Assembly (NCBI GenBank): GCA_026023565.1
Contig: JAPETS010000014.1
Coordinates: forward strand, 496,001-560,000
DNA from: Cirrosporium novae-zelandiae
Taxonomy: Eukaryota
Length of the DNA: 64,000 nucleotides
Direction: 5' to 3'
The position numbers and the translations under genes are program-made. The notes below the pieces were generated by a model. It did no database searches, was not told the origin of the DNA, and worked only from the letters and a program-made list of their open reading frames with translations. Each line of letters starts with the position of its first letter. The first letter of the stretch is position 1. This document shows, in pieces, positions 49,219-62,092 of the stretch.

Positions 49219-50853
49219 ATGGACAAAATGGACTCGACACCTAGCGACTTGACCGACGGGGTAGTATTAGACAGGAAGCGATGGTAGGTAACTTTCTCCG
49301 ATATATGCTGACGGTATGTACTAACAGGTGCTAGGACGCATCTTGAAAATGTGCTGAAGGAATCCGGACCCTTTAGTGATGAGGATTGGGTTCCGGGCCA
49401 AGAGACCATCGACGTTTTGGAAAGTTCAAAAGTCCTGTGAGTTATATAACTGCTTGTGAAGATTTTGTTCTGGCAGCTGACTGTATCTAGTGTTATGTAC
49501 GTATGATGATGCTAACTTTCCTTTAAATTCTATTAACCCTTGACAGCGGTGCTGGTGGGCTCGGATGTGAGATCTTAAAGAACTTGGCCCTTTCGGGCTT
49601 CAAGGATATTCATGTGATTGATATGGGTACACCAAGACACTTTTCTTTCTTCGGCGTATTTATTAACAGTGCTAGATACCATTGACGTCTCCAATTTGAA
49701 CCGTCAATTTCTCTTCCGTCAAGCAGATGTTGGAAAATACAAGGCCGAAGTGGCAGCTGTGTTTGTGGAAAAGAGAGTAAAAGATGTAAAGATAACCCCC
49801 TTTAATGGAAAGATCCAAGACAAAGATGAAGACTACTATATGCAATTCAAAATGGTTATTTGTGGTCTCGATAGCATTGAAGCTCGGAGATGGATCAACG
49901 CAACCCTTGTCGGCATGGTTGGTGATAACCCCGAGAGTCTGAAACCCTTAATAGATGGTGGCACGGAAGGTAAGGCTTCCTTTGAATAAGGTGACTATTG
50001 ATTTACTATATCCTAGCTGACAATAATTCATTTAGGCTTCAAGGGCCAGGCTAGGGTTATTCTACCCACGCTGACCTCTTGTATCGAATGTCAACTGGAT
50101 ATGCATGCCCCTCGACCTGCAGTTCCGTTGTGCACACTAGCCACTATTCCTCGTCAGCCGCAACATTGTATCGAGTGGGCTAACATCATTGCATGGGAGG
50201 AGGAACGTAAGGGTATGCTTTAAATGATAAAATTGTCGTAAAACCATTTCTACTTGTGGATTGACATCGCTATAGGCGAGACCCTCGATACCGACGACCC
50301 TGAACATATAACATGGCTTTATCAAAGAGCTCTCCAGAGAGCCCAGGAATTTAACATCTCGGGCGTGACATACTCAATGACCCAGGGGGTTGTCAAGAAC
50401 ATCATTCCGGCGATAGCATCTACCAATGCCATCATCGCTGCCAGCTGCTGCAACGAGGCTCTTAAGATCGCCACAAATTGCAACCCCTTTCTCCAAAACT
50501 ACATGATGTACAGCGGAGATGATAGTGTTTATACATACACCTTCAACCATGAAAAGAAAGATGATTGTCCCGTCTGTGGAAACTTGGCAAGGAACCTTTA
50601 CGTTGATCCCAAGAACACCCTGCAAGATTTCATTGATAGCTTGGGTCACCGGGCAGAAGCGCAGCTCAAAAAACCTACTTTAAGGACGGAACGTACTTCC
50701 TTGTATTACCAGTCACCCCCAGATCTTGAAGCAAGGACACGGCCAAACTTGATGAAAACTCTCGGGGAGCTAATTACTGACGGGGAAGAGGTAGCAGTGT
50801 CTGACCCTGCTTTCCAGATTGATTTCAAGTTCAGGTTGATTTTCAAATCATGA
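49219..50853 (+). CDS. UBA3: NEDD8-activating enzyme E1 catalytic subunit
   Basis: [39 protein letters not shown], catalytic [33 protein letters not shown]; about 7 exons including a 6-nt micro-exon. Confidence 0.96.
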
Positions 50854-51091
50854 AGATAAGCTTGTTTGGAGGCGACACTTAAATAGCCTACAGAATAAAG
50901 GAGACGTTACTTCAATTATGTCTTACAGAGGCCAGTGCAGTGTTAGAATGAAACATGCATGATTGCAATGACCTAATACTACAACCACAATTCTGCTTGC
51001 TGTTTTGAGATCTTTTCCTCGTTATGTACAAAATACATATCGTAGTTCACGCTTCCCTCTTTGATGGCTAGTAAATTAGAGGTAGGGGAAT

Positions 51092-52268
51092 CTAAGCTTC
51101 CGAAGCAGCAGCACCAGTGATAATTTCAACCAGTTCACCGGTAATGACAGCTTGTCTAGTTCTGTTAAAGAGAATGGTGAACTTGCTAATCATGTCTCCG
51201 GCGTTCTTGGATGCATTCTGAAGGATGATTAGCATTGTAGATACTGGGAGCCGTTTGTCCAGCTACTCACATCCATAGCATTACGGCGAGCAGACTGCTC
51301 GCAAGCATGTCCTTCCGCAAGAGCCTACATATTATTAGACCAGTGTACTGACAAGAGTGTTATGTACCAACCCAGTAGAGGGAGTTTGCGAGAGAATATT
51401 CCCGAAGGTTGCCCAGAACCTCATCATCAATTTCAAAAGCGGAGAAGTTAGCTGTATAGTGTCAGCAGAAATGGCCTTTGATACATAGTTCAATTTTCCA
51501 CTAACGTGATTGAACAATTGCTTCCTCAGAATACGCTTCAACGCGCACAGCCTCGTAACTTTGAGCATTGAGGAATTTGTTGTAGAGAATTTGGATACTG
51601 GAATATTCGGTCGGTAGCAAAATCACCTGATCTGCAATAGCCTGAGCATCGGCAAAGGTTGGGACGTCTTTGCCTATGCCTGCAAAACTCAAGACGATAT
51701 TTTTGCCGCTGGACCGGCCAAGCTGCGACTTGCACTTTTCTCCAAGAATAGCAAGATCCGCCTCAGGATTCTGCTCAAGCAGTCTTCGGGCGGCCTTTGA
51801 CAACCCAGAGTGAATACCACCACAGAGACCTTTATCCGAGCTAGCCACGATAATTAATGTCTTCTTGTGTTCCCCCTCTATAGGCTTTGTTTCGGCATTC
51901 TCAAAAACGGTATTGGAGGTTTGGCCGTAAGCCCGGGATTCGGTCATTGCTCTCTGAGCACGAGTCATCTTTGTAGAGGCAACAATTTTCATTGTCTTGG
52001 TGATTTTTTCAATGTTACGGATGGATTTCAATCGGTCTTCGATTTCACGCAAAGTTGCGAAATTTGCGGAATTGACTGCAACGACTGGTCTATCATGATA
52101 ATATCAGCACCAATTAAAACGAACTAAACCTGGATTATTGATGGGTGTATATCCAAGGGTAAAGCAATTGTGGGGATTGTAAAGAGGTTGCTCAACATAC
52201 CGAAGCCAGACGGCATTGCTGGCCCTTAAGGCGGGGCGAGCAGCTCTGGAGAGCATTGCGGCAGACAT
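51092..52268 (-). CDS. ATP3: Mitochondrial ATP synthase F1 gamma subunit
   Basis: Arg-rich presequence, [41 protein letters not shown]-terminal [22 protein letters not shown]. Confidence 0.97.
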
Positions 52269-52465
52269 TTTTAAAATAGATTAAGGAGAGGAGAGGAGAG
52301 GTTCCAACAGCAAAGTAGCGAACTGGGCTTGGTGGGAAAGTGAGAAGCTATTCTCTCACAATAATAAAGTATCGCGATCTGTTGGAAAGTTGGAACGAAG
52401 TTAGAATGGGAGTGGTCGGAAAGATTAGCAAAGAGTCCGCCTCGGATGAGGAGCTGGGCGGGTTG

Positions 52466-52470
52466 ATTGG
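52466..52470 (-). promoter_or_regulatory. CCAAT box (Hap complex) upstream of ATP3
   Basis: ATTGG about 200 nt upstream of the ATP3 ATG. A CCAAT also sits at 60370-60374 before the complex I gene. Short motif, could be chance. Confidence 0.35.
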
Positions 52471-52835
52471 GACCTGGTGGAATAGGAATAACTTATTAGC
52501 GCCAAATCAGAGTCCGCTCGCTCACTGAGTGCCTCAAAAACTAAAGTACCGTAAAATGCTTCCTTTCTTTTCTTTCAACTACGCGCCTCATCTCAACTAA
52601 TATTTTGCAGGTCTACCGTTCTGGATCGACGGCGTGTACAAGCCCTCTTTCCTTTAATCACTTTTTCCCCTTCCATTACATTCATTTCTCCCTTCTACCA
52701 CCCATCATTTTTTATAGATTTACTCGAGCCATCATTAAGGCACCTAACCATACTACTCTTAATTCACCCTTTACTCTACCTCTAAGCTCTCGCATTCAAT
52801 TCTCTCATCGATTTCACTCTCGAGTTATCAACGTC

Positions 52836-55800
52836 ATGAGTTCCTCTGAGGAGGACGACATGCCTTTGGCAGGCCATAAAATCACGAACGGGGATGGTAA
52901 GTGGTACTTTGATTCAGGCAACCCGACACGGCTATTAGACTTTGGCATCAACGATCCTACCACTTTTACATTCACATGCACACATTCGCCTACTTACCTC
53001 CCACTCACTACCTCTCATTCTCCAATCTTTGACGCAATGAACAATCAAACTCACTTCTCCATCTCACCTCTCTAGGACCGAAGTCGCTTCTGTCCAAGGA
53101 GAAGATCCCCAAAAGCCTTGATAAAGCCATAAATAGCAAAATGCCCACGAACGGAAATGCCGAGCCTGGTATTTCCATTAGAAATGGTCCTGTGGAGGAG
53201 ATGGACATTGATGGACCTCAGATGAACGGAGATTATGTGAACGGAACAAAGCGAAAAGCTCGACGAAGTACGGCTGTATCCTACAAAGAACGAGACACAA
53301 GTGATGAGGACGAAGGGCCTCTGGTGAGTCAAGTAAGAAGGGTTATGGGGGGCTGGAAATTAACACATTCTAGATCAAGCGTCGCAGGACTTCGACCAAA
53401 ACCAAACCTGTGGAAGGCTCCGACTCAGATTCTGATATTCCCCTAAAGACAACTAGAAATGGAAGACAAAACGGTGTTGGCAAGAAACCACCCAAGGCTA
53501 GCGAAACTGCCTTTGGAGAGTCGTCGGACTCGGACGAAGCTCTCGAATCTAAGCTGAAAAGGGAGAAGGCGGCTATTGAAAAGCGCGCGGAAAAAGAAGC
53601 AAAGACTCTCAGGAAACAAGACAAGGCGAAACCACCACAAAAGAAGAAAGTAAAGAAGGAAGATACTGATGATGATGACATCCCAATTGCGCGCAAGGTC
53701 CAGAAAGCCAACGCTCCCAAGCCACGAACTAAGAAAGTAAACGGGGTGAAGAAGGAGGAATCGGACGATGAAGATGTTCCACTCTCTCGAAAAGTTCCCA
53801 CAAAAACAGTTAGAGGCAAGTCAGAAGCACCAGCTGCCGCCAAAAAATCTAGGGGAAGAGGTCCAAAGAAAGAAGAAACGGAAGAAGATGCAGAGGCTGA
53901 AGCAGAGGAAGAAGAGTATCGTTGGTGGGATGATCCGACTAAGGGCGACGGAACGACCAAATGGACGACTTTAGAACATAATGGTGTTGTATTTCCACCA
54001 CCTTACGAACCACTACCCAAGAATGTCAAAATGCTCTATAACGGCGTTCCAGTGACTCTGGAGCCAGAAGCCGAAGAGGTTGCTGGGTTTTTCGGCGGTA
54101 TGCTTAACTCAACCCACAACGTCGAAAACCCTACTTTCCAGAAAAATTTCTTCGCCGACTTCAAAGATATTCTCAAAAAGACCGGCGGCGCAAAGGATCG
54201 TGATGGGAATAAGATTCAGATCAAGGACTTTACCAAATGTGACTTCAAGCCAATCTTCGAGTACTACGATGCCGAACGAAACGCGAAAAAGGCTCTTCCT
54301 AATGCTGAAAAGAAAGCTTTAAAAGCCGAAAAGGATGCCGCCGAGGCCCCATATATGTTCTGCATGTGGGATGGACGTAAACAGAAGGTGGGCAACTTCA
54401 GAGTTGAACCCCCTGGTTTGTTCCGTGGGCGAGGTGAGCATCCCAAGACTGGCAAAGTCAAAACGCGCGTGCAACCAGAACAGATCACCATCAATATCGG
54501 TAAAGAGGCAACTGTCCCAGCACCTCCAGAGGGTCACCGCTGGAAAGAAGTCAAACATGACCAGACCGGTACTTGGTTGGCTATGTGGCAGGAAAACATC
54601 AATGGTGCCTACAAGTATGTCATGCTTGCTGCCAATTCTGATGTGAAAGGGCAAAGCGACTACAAGAAATTCGAAAAGGCTAGGGAATTGAAGAAGCATA
54701 TCGACAGGATTCGAAAGGACTATAACAAAGAGTTGAAAAGTGATCTCATGGCTGACCGACAAAGAGCTACTGCCGTCTATCTTATTGATCAATTCGCTCT
54801 TAGAGCTGGAAATGAAAAGGGTGACGATGAAGCAGATACCGTTGGTTGCTGCTCACTCAAATTCGAGCATGTCCAATTGAAACCTCCAAATAAGGTCATC
54901 TTCGACTTCCTTGGAAAAGACAGTATTCGCTTCTACGACGAAGTCGAGGTTGATGCACAAGTTTTTAAGAATCTGAAGATTTTCAAGAAAGCACCTAAGA
55001 AAGAAGGAGATGAGATATTCGATCGTCTTAATGTAAGATTTATCAACTACACTCGGATGCAATAAACTAACATTCTACAGACAACTGGTCTTAACAAGCA
55101 TTTGTCTAGCTATATGACTGGCTTGACAGCCAAAGTTTTCCGTACCTACAATGCGTCATACACAATGGCAACTCTTCTCAGAGACATGAAATCTACAGGC
55201 ACGGTAGCTGAAAAGGTCAAGGACTACAATGACGCTAATCGAAAGGTGGCTATTCTCTGCAACCATAAACGTACAGTAGCGGCAGGTCATGCAGGACAGA
55301 TGGAGAAGCTCGGCGATAAGGTAAACTTGTGTATTTCCAACGCTGGTGGTAGACATGTTGCTAATGGAAATTTATAGATCAAAGGCCTCAAATACCAGGG
55401 ATGGCGCATCAAACAAATGATGCTTGCCGTGGACCCCAAAATTAAGAGAAAGAAAGGGGCAGAGTTTTTCCAGCTAGATGATGATCTTGATCAAGAATGG
55501 GTTCGAGAACATCAACAATTCCTCTTGGAAGAATTACGAGTGAAGACGGAAAAGAAGTTTGCGAAGGAGAATGAGAAGCTAGTAGCAGAAGGACAAAAAG
55601 AAATGAAGCAAAAAGAACTTAACGAACGTCTCGAGGCTGTCAAAGAGCTCCAAACGAAGTTCAAGAGGGAGAACAAAACTAAAAAGGTTGAACCGGAGGG
55701 CAAAGGACCATCAATCGAGAAATACGAATCGAATTTGGAAAGGCTCGACCAACGAATTGCGAACATGGTCCTCCAGGCAGAAGACAAAGAAAACAACAAG

Positions 55801-56015
55801 GAAGTGGCCTTGGGTACTTCGAAAATTGTTGGTTACCCCGTTATTGTTTGACGAATAGAGAGTGAGCTAACAACATGTAGAACTATATCGATCCGCGTCT
55901 CACAGTGGTATTCTCGAAGAAATTTGGGGTACCAATCGAGAAGTTCTTTTCTAAGACACTACGGGAGAAGTTCGAGTGGGCCATCAAGTCGGTTGATGAA
56001 AACTGGGAATTCTAG
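52836..56015 (+). CDS. TOP1: DNA topoisomerase I (type IB)
   Basis: [64 protein letters not shown], catalytic GTSKI/NYIDPR; six exons. Confidence 0.98.
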
Positions 56016-57727
56016 AGGGTCAATGGGAGAGGGTTTGTTTTGCTTTAGAATTGCATGCAAAGGGGTATAGCGTGTGGTTACAAAAGCCATCTACAAAATC
56101 TTGGATAGTTGAACAAACTTAGAGATAGACATGGTAGATGGGGGTGTAGATGCAACCCCGATGGCTTGATTGCTTTTGATGCTTTGATGGTTGGCTTAGC
56201 ATTTAGAGCTTTGCAAATATATCTTATTAGGAAACAGATTCGAGAAGTTGCAAGCGTACCCTGGTGAGGATGCATCTGTGTGTACTATACAAGACTACGG
56301 CTACCTTTCAGATGAGGGCTTAGTGTGGAGGGTTGGTGTAATGACTTGACGTCTGATGCCGGTACCCGTTCTTTGAAGGCTTACCCTTTTGTGCCTGGGG
56401 TCCATGTTGTGAAACGTGAGGCAACAGTGCGGATCTAGGGTTACTCAGCGGTCGCTTGGTTGTAGGGTGGTTGTGTGTAAGACGGCAGTTATTGATTACC
56501 TGCTGGATATGATGGGAGACTAGGAGGAGCTTCCCATCTTGGTGGTGATTATTTCGGTCACAGGGCCGGAGTTCCGGTATCTTCTCCATTTTGGATAGGT
56601 ACAGGTTGTAGTTGATGATCAGTGATGCTGGGTGCTGGGAACCCTGGGGTTTTATTCTCCTTCTTATTGCATCTGGCCATCTGGGAATCTGGGTCTGCTG
56701 CAACGTTCCTTCAGGTACAGGCGTTCTAACCACCTCAGTACGGTGTACAGGATGATCTTCGACCTTCCCGCGCCCGGTGGAAAATGCACATGCACGACAT
56801 CACTTTCCATTATACTCAATCCCTTTTCCCGGGAAATCATTTTTGAACTTTTTGAACTGTTTCCAAGTCACCATCTTCTTCTTCTTTTTTTTTTCATGGG
56901 ATTGATTGCCTGATCAGCCAAGGAAGAGGAAGGAGCCTAAGGTGGGTGTGATTAGGCGATTGATTTAACTACCAACGATCGACGGTCTCTAGCACTAAAT
57001 CTTCAGGTCCTTCATTAAAGGATGTTCAAAGGATTACAATGCACGCAATGTAATTCTTCTCAGACACGACAAGATTTGCCTTGTCGTCTAGTTCCCTGAT
57101 TAGATTTATAAACTAGTCCACAGAGGTTTTGATTGTCAACACGAAGATAACAAGAAGCTGGAGGAGAGAAAAGTAGTCCAAAGTCAGCTCAAGCGACAAG
57201 AGTAGTCAAACTGCCCCCACTGTTTCACGGGGAAAAGAGGACCATTTGTAGTCCAATGACCGATGTTTCTGGCCTGCATTTACTACAATTGGAGCTCCAT
57301 ACCCTTTATAGGAGGTCGTTAGGGAGTGGTCCTCAAAATGAAGAATGAAAGAAAAAAAAATCCCTGTTGTAAGCTCTAGGTATAGATTGATTGATTGGTA
57401 GATTAAAAAGAGTTAACTGTCATCCATTTCAAGCCACTTGGTACCCATCAAAGCCCATACAAAGTCTACCCCCCCCCAAAAAAACCCAAGGAGAGAGAAA
57501 AAAAAAGAAAAAAGAGAAAGAAAAAGAAAAAAGAAAAAAGAGAGAGAGAGAGAGGAAAGAGAGCCTCTAAAGATACTTCAGTAACTCCCATCATCAAAGA
57601 GTCTTCCTCTCCCCCCCCCCCACCTCCATCCCTCCCTTTTTCTCTCCAGGGTTAAAAAAATCCTAAAAGTCATATTATTATTATTATTATTATCTTAATC
57701 ATCAGATTTTTTACATTCCAAAATCCA

Positions 57728-57729
<2 letters not shown>

Positions 57730-57758
<29 letters not shown>
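57730..57758. repeat. Poly-C homopolymer (29 nt)
   Basis: Counted directly. Confidence 0.9.
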
Positions 57759-57760
<2 letters not shown>

Positions 57761-58246
57761 AATTCCAATCCTTATGAAAAGATAGTATCTAAAACTTTTA
57801 TGACTTTTACTCTGGTCGCTACCCAACGAAAACTAGGTCGGCAAATCCTATCGCCTTTATCCCCTGTCGCTATCCTGGCCCTCCTGCAGCCCCCACGACT
57901 TTCTTCCCTTTCCCTGACACTGATGCCCCCCCCGTTGTTCCTGCAGCTTTTTTTGTGACTAGGACCCCCCTCCTAATTTCGATTATTACCACCCACCTCG
58001 TGCACCTGAGCATCTATCACGCTCTCACGCCCTTGAGGGAAAGGCCCTCCCTCCTTTTACCCACCTACACCCCCATCTACCCACCCAGTCTGCTGTCACT
58101 ATAACCTTTCCGTCACTAGAAGAGGTCCTGTTCGTGTCCGTGTCCGTGACACCAAAACAGTCCTTGAAAGCTGACTCTTCGCAATCATTTCGCAATCAAT
58201 TGGCCCCCGTTCACGTTGTTACCAATAACACATTACTTTGCGAGTC

Positions 58247-59618
58247 ATGGTGGAGGAGGGGCAGAACTCCGCAGCGGCGGGCGATAAGAAGAAGCCCGCT
58301 ATCTTGATAATAGGAGGTTTGGGTAGGATTCCATGATTTTCATATTTCCACGGGTGCTTTGGCCCATCAGATGGAAGAATTCAGGAGTTGATTATTTCCT
58401 AAAATATAGGTTACATTGGTCGCTTCCTTGCTCTACATATCCATCAAAACAACCTTGCCTCCGAAGTACGGTTAGTCGACAAGGTCCTCCCGCAGCTGGC
58501 ATGGCTGGCCCCCGAATTCCAAGAGGCCTGTTCGCAGGATAAATTCGTCCAGGCAGATGCAAGTCGAGAACGTGCGTGAATAACTAAATTTATCTTCATG
58601 GATATATTCCCTATGCATTCTCGAGAATCTTCGATTGGATGACCCCCTATATGATACGACTCAACCTGCTGACTTGTAATCTTACCTGGCGATAGAATCT
58701 CTACCCCGAATATTCGATCGCAGCAATGGAGAAGAGTTTGATTGCGTCTTTAACTTGGGCGGTGAAACAAGGTACTCACAGCAAGAGGAAATATATCGCT
58801 TGCGTTCGTATGAGCTTTCGATGAATCTTGGCCGTGAAGCTGCTCGTCGTCATATTCAAGTTTTCGTCGAGTGCTCCACCGGCATGGTGTACAAACCCGA
58901 CCCGCATCCTCGCAAGGAGGGTGACAAGTTAAAACCATGGATGAAAATGGCAAAATGGAAGCTTAGTGCGGAAGAAGATTTAGCAAAGATCCAAGGATTG
59001 AATTTGGTGATACTAAGAATGGCTCACGTATACGGAGACTATTCGAGCCACTTTATAAGTACAGCGTTGGCACTCGCTCGAGTGTATAAAGCAATTGATA
59101 AAGAGCTCAAGTGGCTTTGGGATGGGGATCTTCGGGTGAACACGGTGCACATTTCCGATGTTGTTCGCGCCACCTGGCGTGCAGCCGAATGGTACGCGTT
59201 CGAGAAAGCTAATTGGGATGCCTCGATGGGACCTGTACCGATTTTCAACATTGTCGACCATGGTGATACCTGCCAGGGTGACCTTGCCAAACACATTGGT
59301 TCAATCTTTGACATCACTACCGGCTTCCAAGGCACTTTAATTTCGTCCTTTGCGCGCTTACATATCGATCATGTGGTGGATGATATCAACGAGGAAGTGC
59401 TACCCGTGTGGGCAGACCTGCTGCAGAAGAAAGGCATCGAAAGACCTGGACCTTTGACACCTTTCATGGAGAAAGAACTGTTGAAAGAGACGCATTTGTG
59501 TTTGGATGGGAGTCGATTCGAGAAGGTGACTGGCTTTCAATATAAGAGGCTGGAGATGGATGAAAAAGGGTTACGGGAATGCGTGGAGAGTTATGAAAGA
59601 ATGGGTTGGTGGCCTTGA
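58247..59618 (+). CDS. NAD-dependent epimerase/dehydratase family (extended SDR) protein
   Basis: ILIIGGLG/YIGRFLA Rossmann motif split by an intron, LVDKVLPQLAWL, VFNLGGET, ILRMAHVYG, VNTVHISDV; three exons. Confidence 0.9.
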
Positions 59619-60554
59619 ACAGAACAGAAAAGTCACATGTTTCTCCATAGCTACAGATCCTATTTCGTTTTTGTTTGCATTGTCTTACTGCTCATCAAGT
59701 CCCCCAGTCATGTGGTCCGGAGAAATGGTTCAATCATATTATCATTCCCCTTTACCCAACATTGTTAGTTTGATACCTACATGGACATATCGGTCATGAG
59801 GACGTGGTTGTTATTCATGGCTATCAGACTTATCCCCTTTTATCCCGCGTGCTATATATATACTAGCGGTGAAGATGACGGGTTTTGCATGTGTAGGTCA
59901 AAGATGACGAAAGCTTACAACTTCCCCTCTTGTCATTCTGCGTTGTGTGTTAAAGCGAGTTGAAGGGGTACCTCTCGTTTTCTTTAGATTGCCTTGAATT
60001 TTGGAGGTCTGAGGATACTTGTTTACAGGTTCTGTTCCAGGAGCACAGAGTGGGATTCACCGATGTTTGCATGCCTAGCTATATCTTAGATGGGATGCTT
60101 TCTCTGAGGTTTCCTTCTGATTTGCTTGGTTTTAATCAGCTAGGTAGTTGGAGTTGTTTGAGCGAGAGCGATCCGATGAATGAATGAGATTAACGGCCGA
60201 TCAATTTAACCTTCATATAGTTTGACTCTTGAATAAAAAAAAATAGTAGTTTTTTGGTGAGATGCATATGCATTAGATCAACTACTCTCCACTCAAACCA
60301 GTTCACACAAGCCCTAAATTCTCGATAAGATGTGGAGTTGGAGCAATTCCTTATTAATCATTCCATCAACCAATCACATTTTCAGCTTAGCGATCTCATT
60401 GACATTAACTCTCGACCTGTAGCTCTCCATACATCATGAACATCTAAACCATCCCTTCAGCAATTCACCCCAACTCCACTCTCAATTTAGAGTCGGACAG
60501 ACCTTTCCTCCAGGTCGTCCTTCCTTTCTCTCTTGACCGGCGACATCCGCCACC

Positions 60555-62092
60555 ATGGCAGCTTCATTTGCTCGCCTTGCTGGCCACGGCGCCAAACGCC
60601 TGTGTCTGCGTCCTACGCGGCAAGCCAGGCATTGTCCTCGAAACGTTGCTCGATCTTTTACTTCGATTCCCCGTCAATATGCAGAAATGTATGAGGGGAC
60701 CAAACTTATACCGGTCGATCCCATCGCGGGGCATCCCACCAATGAAGACAGTGTATACGTGAACCGCGAATCGGACGATGGGACCAGCGTGGAAAATCGC
60801 AAGATCCGCCATTACACAGTTAATTTCGGTCCACAGCATCCTGCTGCTCATGGAGTGTTGCGATTGATTCTCGAATTGAATGGTGAAGAGATTGTTCGGG
60901 CAGATCCACATGTTGGATTGCTACATCGAGGAACAGAGAAATTGATAGAATATAAGACTTATCTGCAAGCTTTGCCATACTTTGATCGATTGGATTATGT
61001 TTCGATGATGACGAATGAACAATGTTTCTCTCTAGCAGTAGAAAAACTACTGAATATTGAGATTCCGGAGCGAGCTAAATGGATACGAACGCTGTTCGGA
61101 GAAATTACTCGTGTCCTCAATCATCTTATGTCTGTCCTCTCTCACGTTATGGATGTAGGGGCTTTGACTCCTTTCTTGTGGGGTTTTGAGGAGCGTGAAA
61201 AGCTCATGGTATGCTCTAGTTACCTTTACAATGAGATCCCTATCAATACAATCTAAGGACTGATGGACGTGCTATCAATAGGAATTCTACGAACGAGTTT
61301 CTGGAGCCCGCCTCCATGCTGCATATATTCGTCCCGGTGGCGTACATCAAGACATTCCTGCCGGCCTTCTCGATGATATCTACCAATGGGCAACACAATT
61401 TGGCGACCGCATTGACGAAACTGAAGAGCTTGTTACAGACAATCGGATTTGGAAAGCACGTACGCAGGGTGTAGGTGTCGTTTCTGCTGCTGATGCTCTT
61501 AATTATTCCTTCTCTGGTGTGATGTTACGTGGGTCCGGTATCCCTTGGGATATCCGTAAAAGCCAACCATACGATGCATACGACAAGGTTGACTTTGATG
61601 TACCTGTCGGTGTCAATGGTGACTGTTATGATCGGTATCTTTGTCGCATGGAAGAGTTCCGTCAGAGTCTACGTATTATCCACCAATGCCTCAACAAGAT
61701 GCCCGAGGGGCCCGTTCGCGTCGAAGACTACAAGATCATGCCACCTCCCCGTGCTGCCATGAAAGAGAACATGGAAGCCCTCATCCACCACTTCCTTCTC
61801 TTTACCAAAGGTTATACTGTTCCTCCTGGAGAGACGTACTCTGCCATTGAAGCACCGAAGGGCGAGATGGGCGTTTTCGTAGTGAGTGATGGCAGCGAAA
61901 GACCATACAGATGTAAAATTCGCGCACCAGGGTTTGCACATCTAGGATGCTTCGATCAGGTCTCAAGAGGCCATTTGCTAGCTGATGCAGTAGCAATCAT
62001 TGGAACGATGGATCTAGTAGGTTATTCATGATGTAATCTTAGGAACAAATAATGCTAACTTGATACAGGTTTTTGGCGAAGTTGATAGATAG
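60555..62092 (+). CDS. NDUFS2: NADH:ubiquinone oxidoreductase 49-kDa subunit
   Basis: [57 protein letters not shown]-terminus; two introns. Confidence 0.98.

Noticed and set aside
56320..56733. 137-aa minus-strand ORF, or SRP RNA (TGTAATG near 56337)
   Set aside because: The ORF has no recognisable features, and the SRP helix 8 signature is absent.
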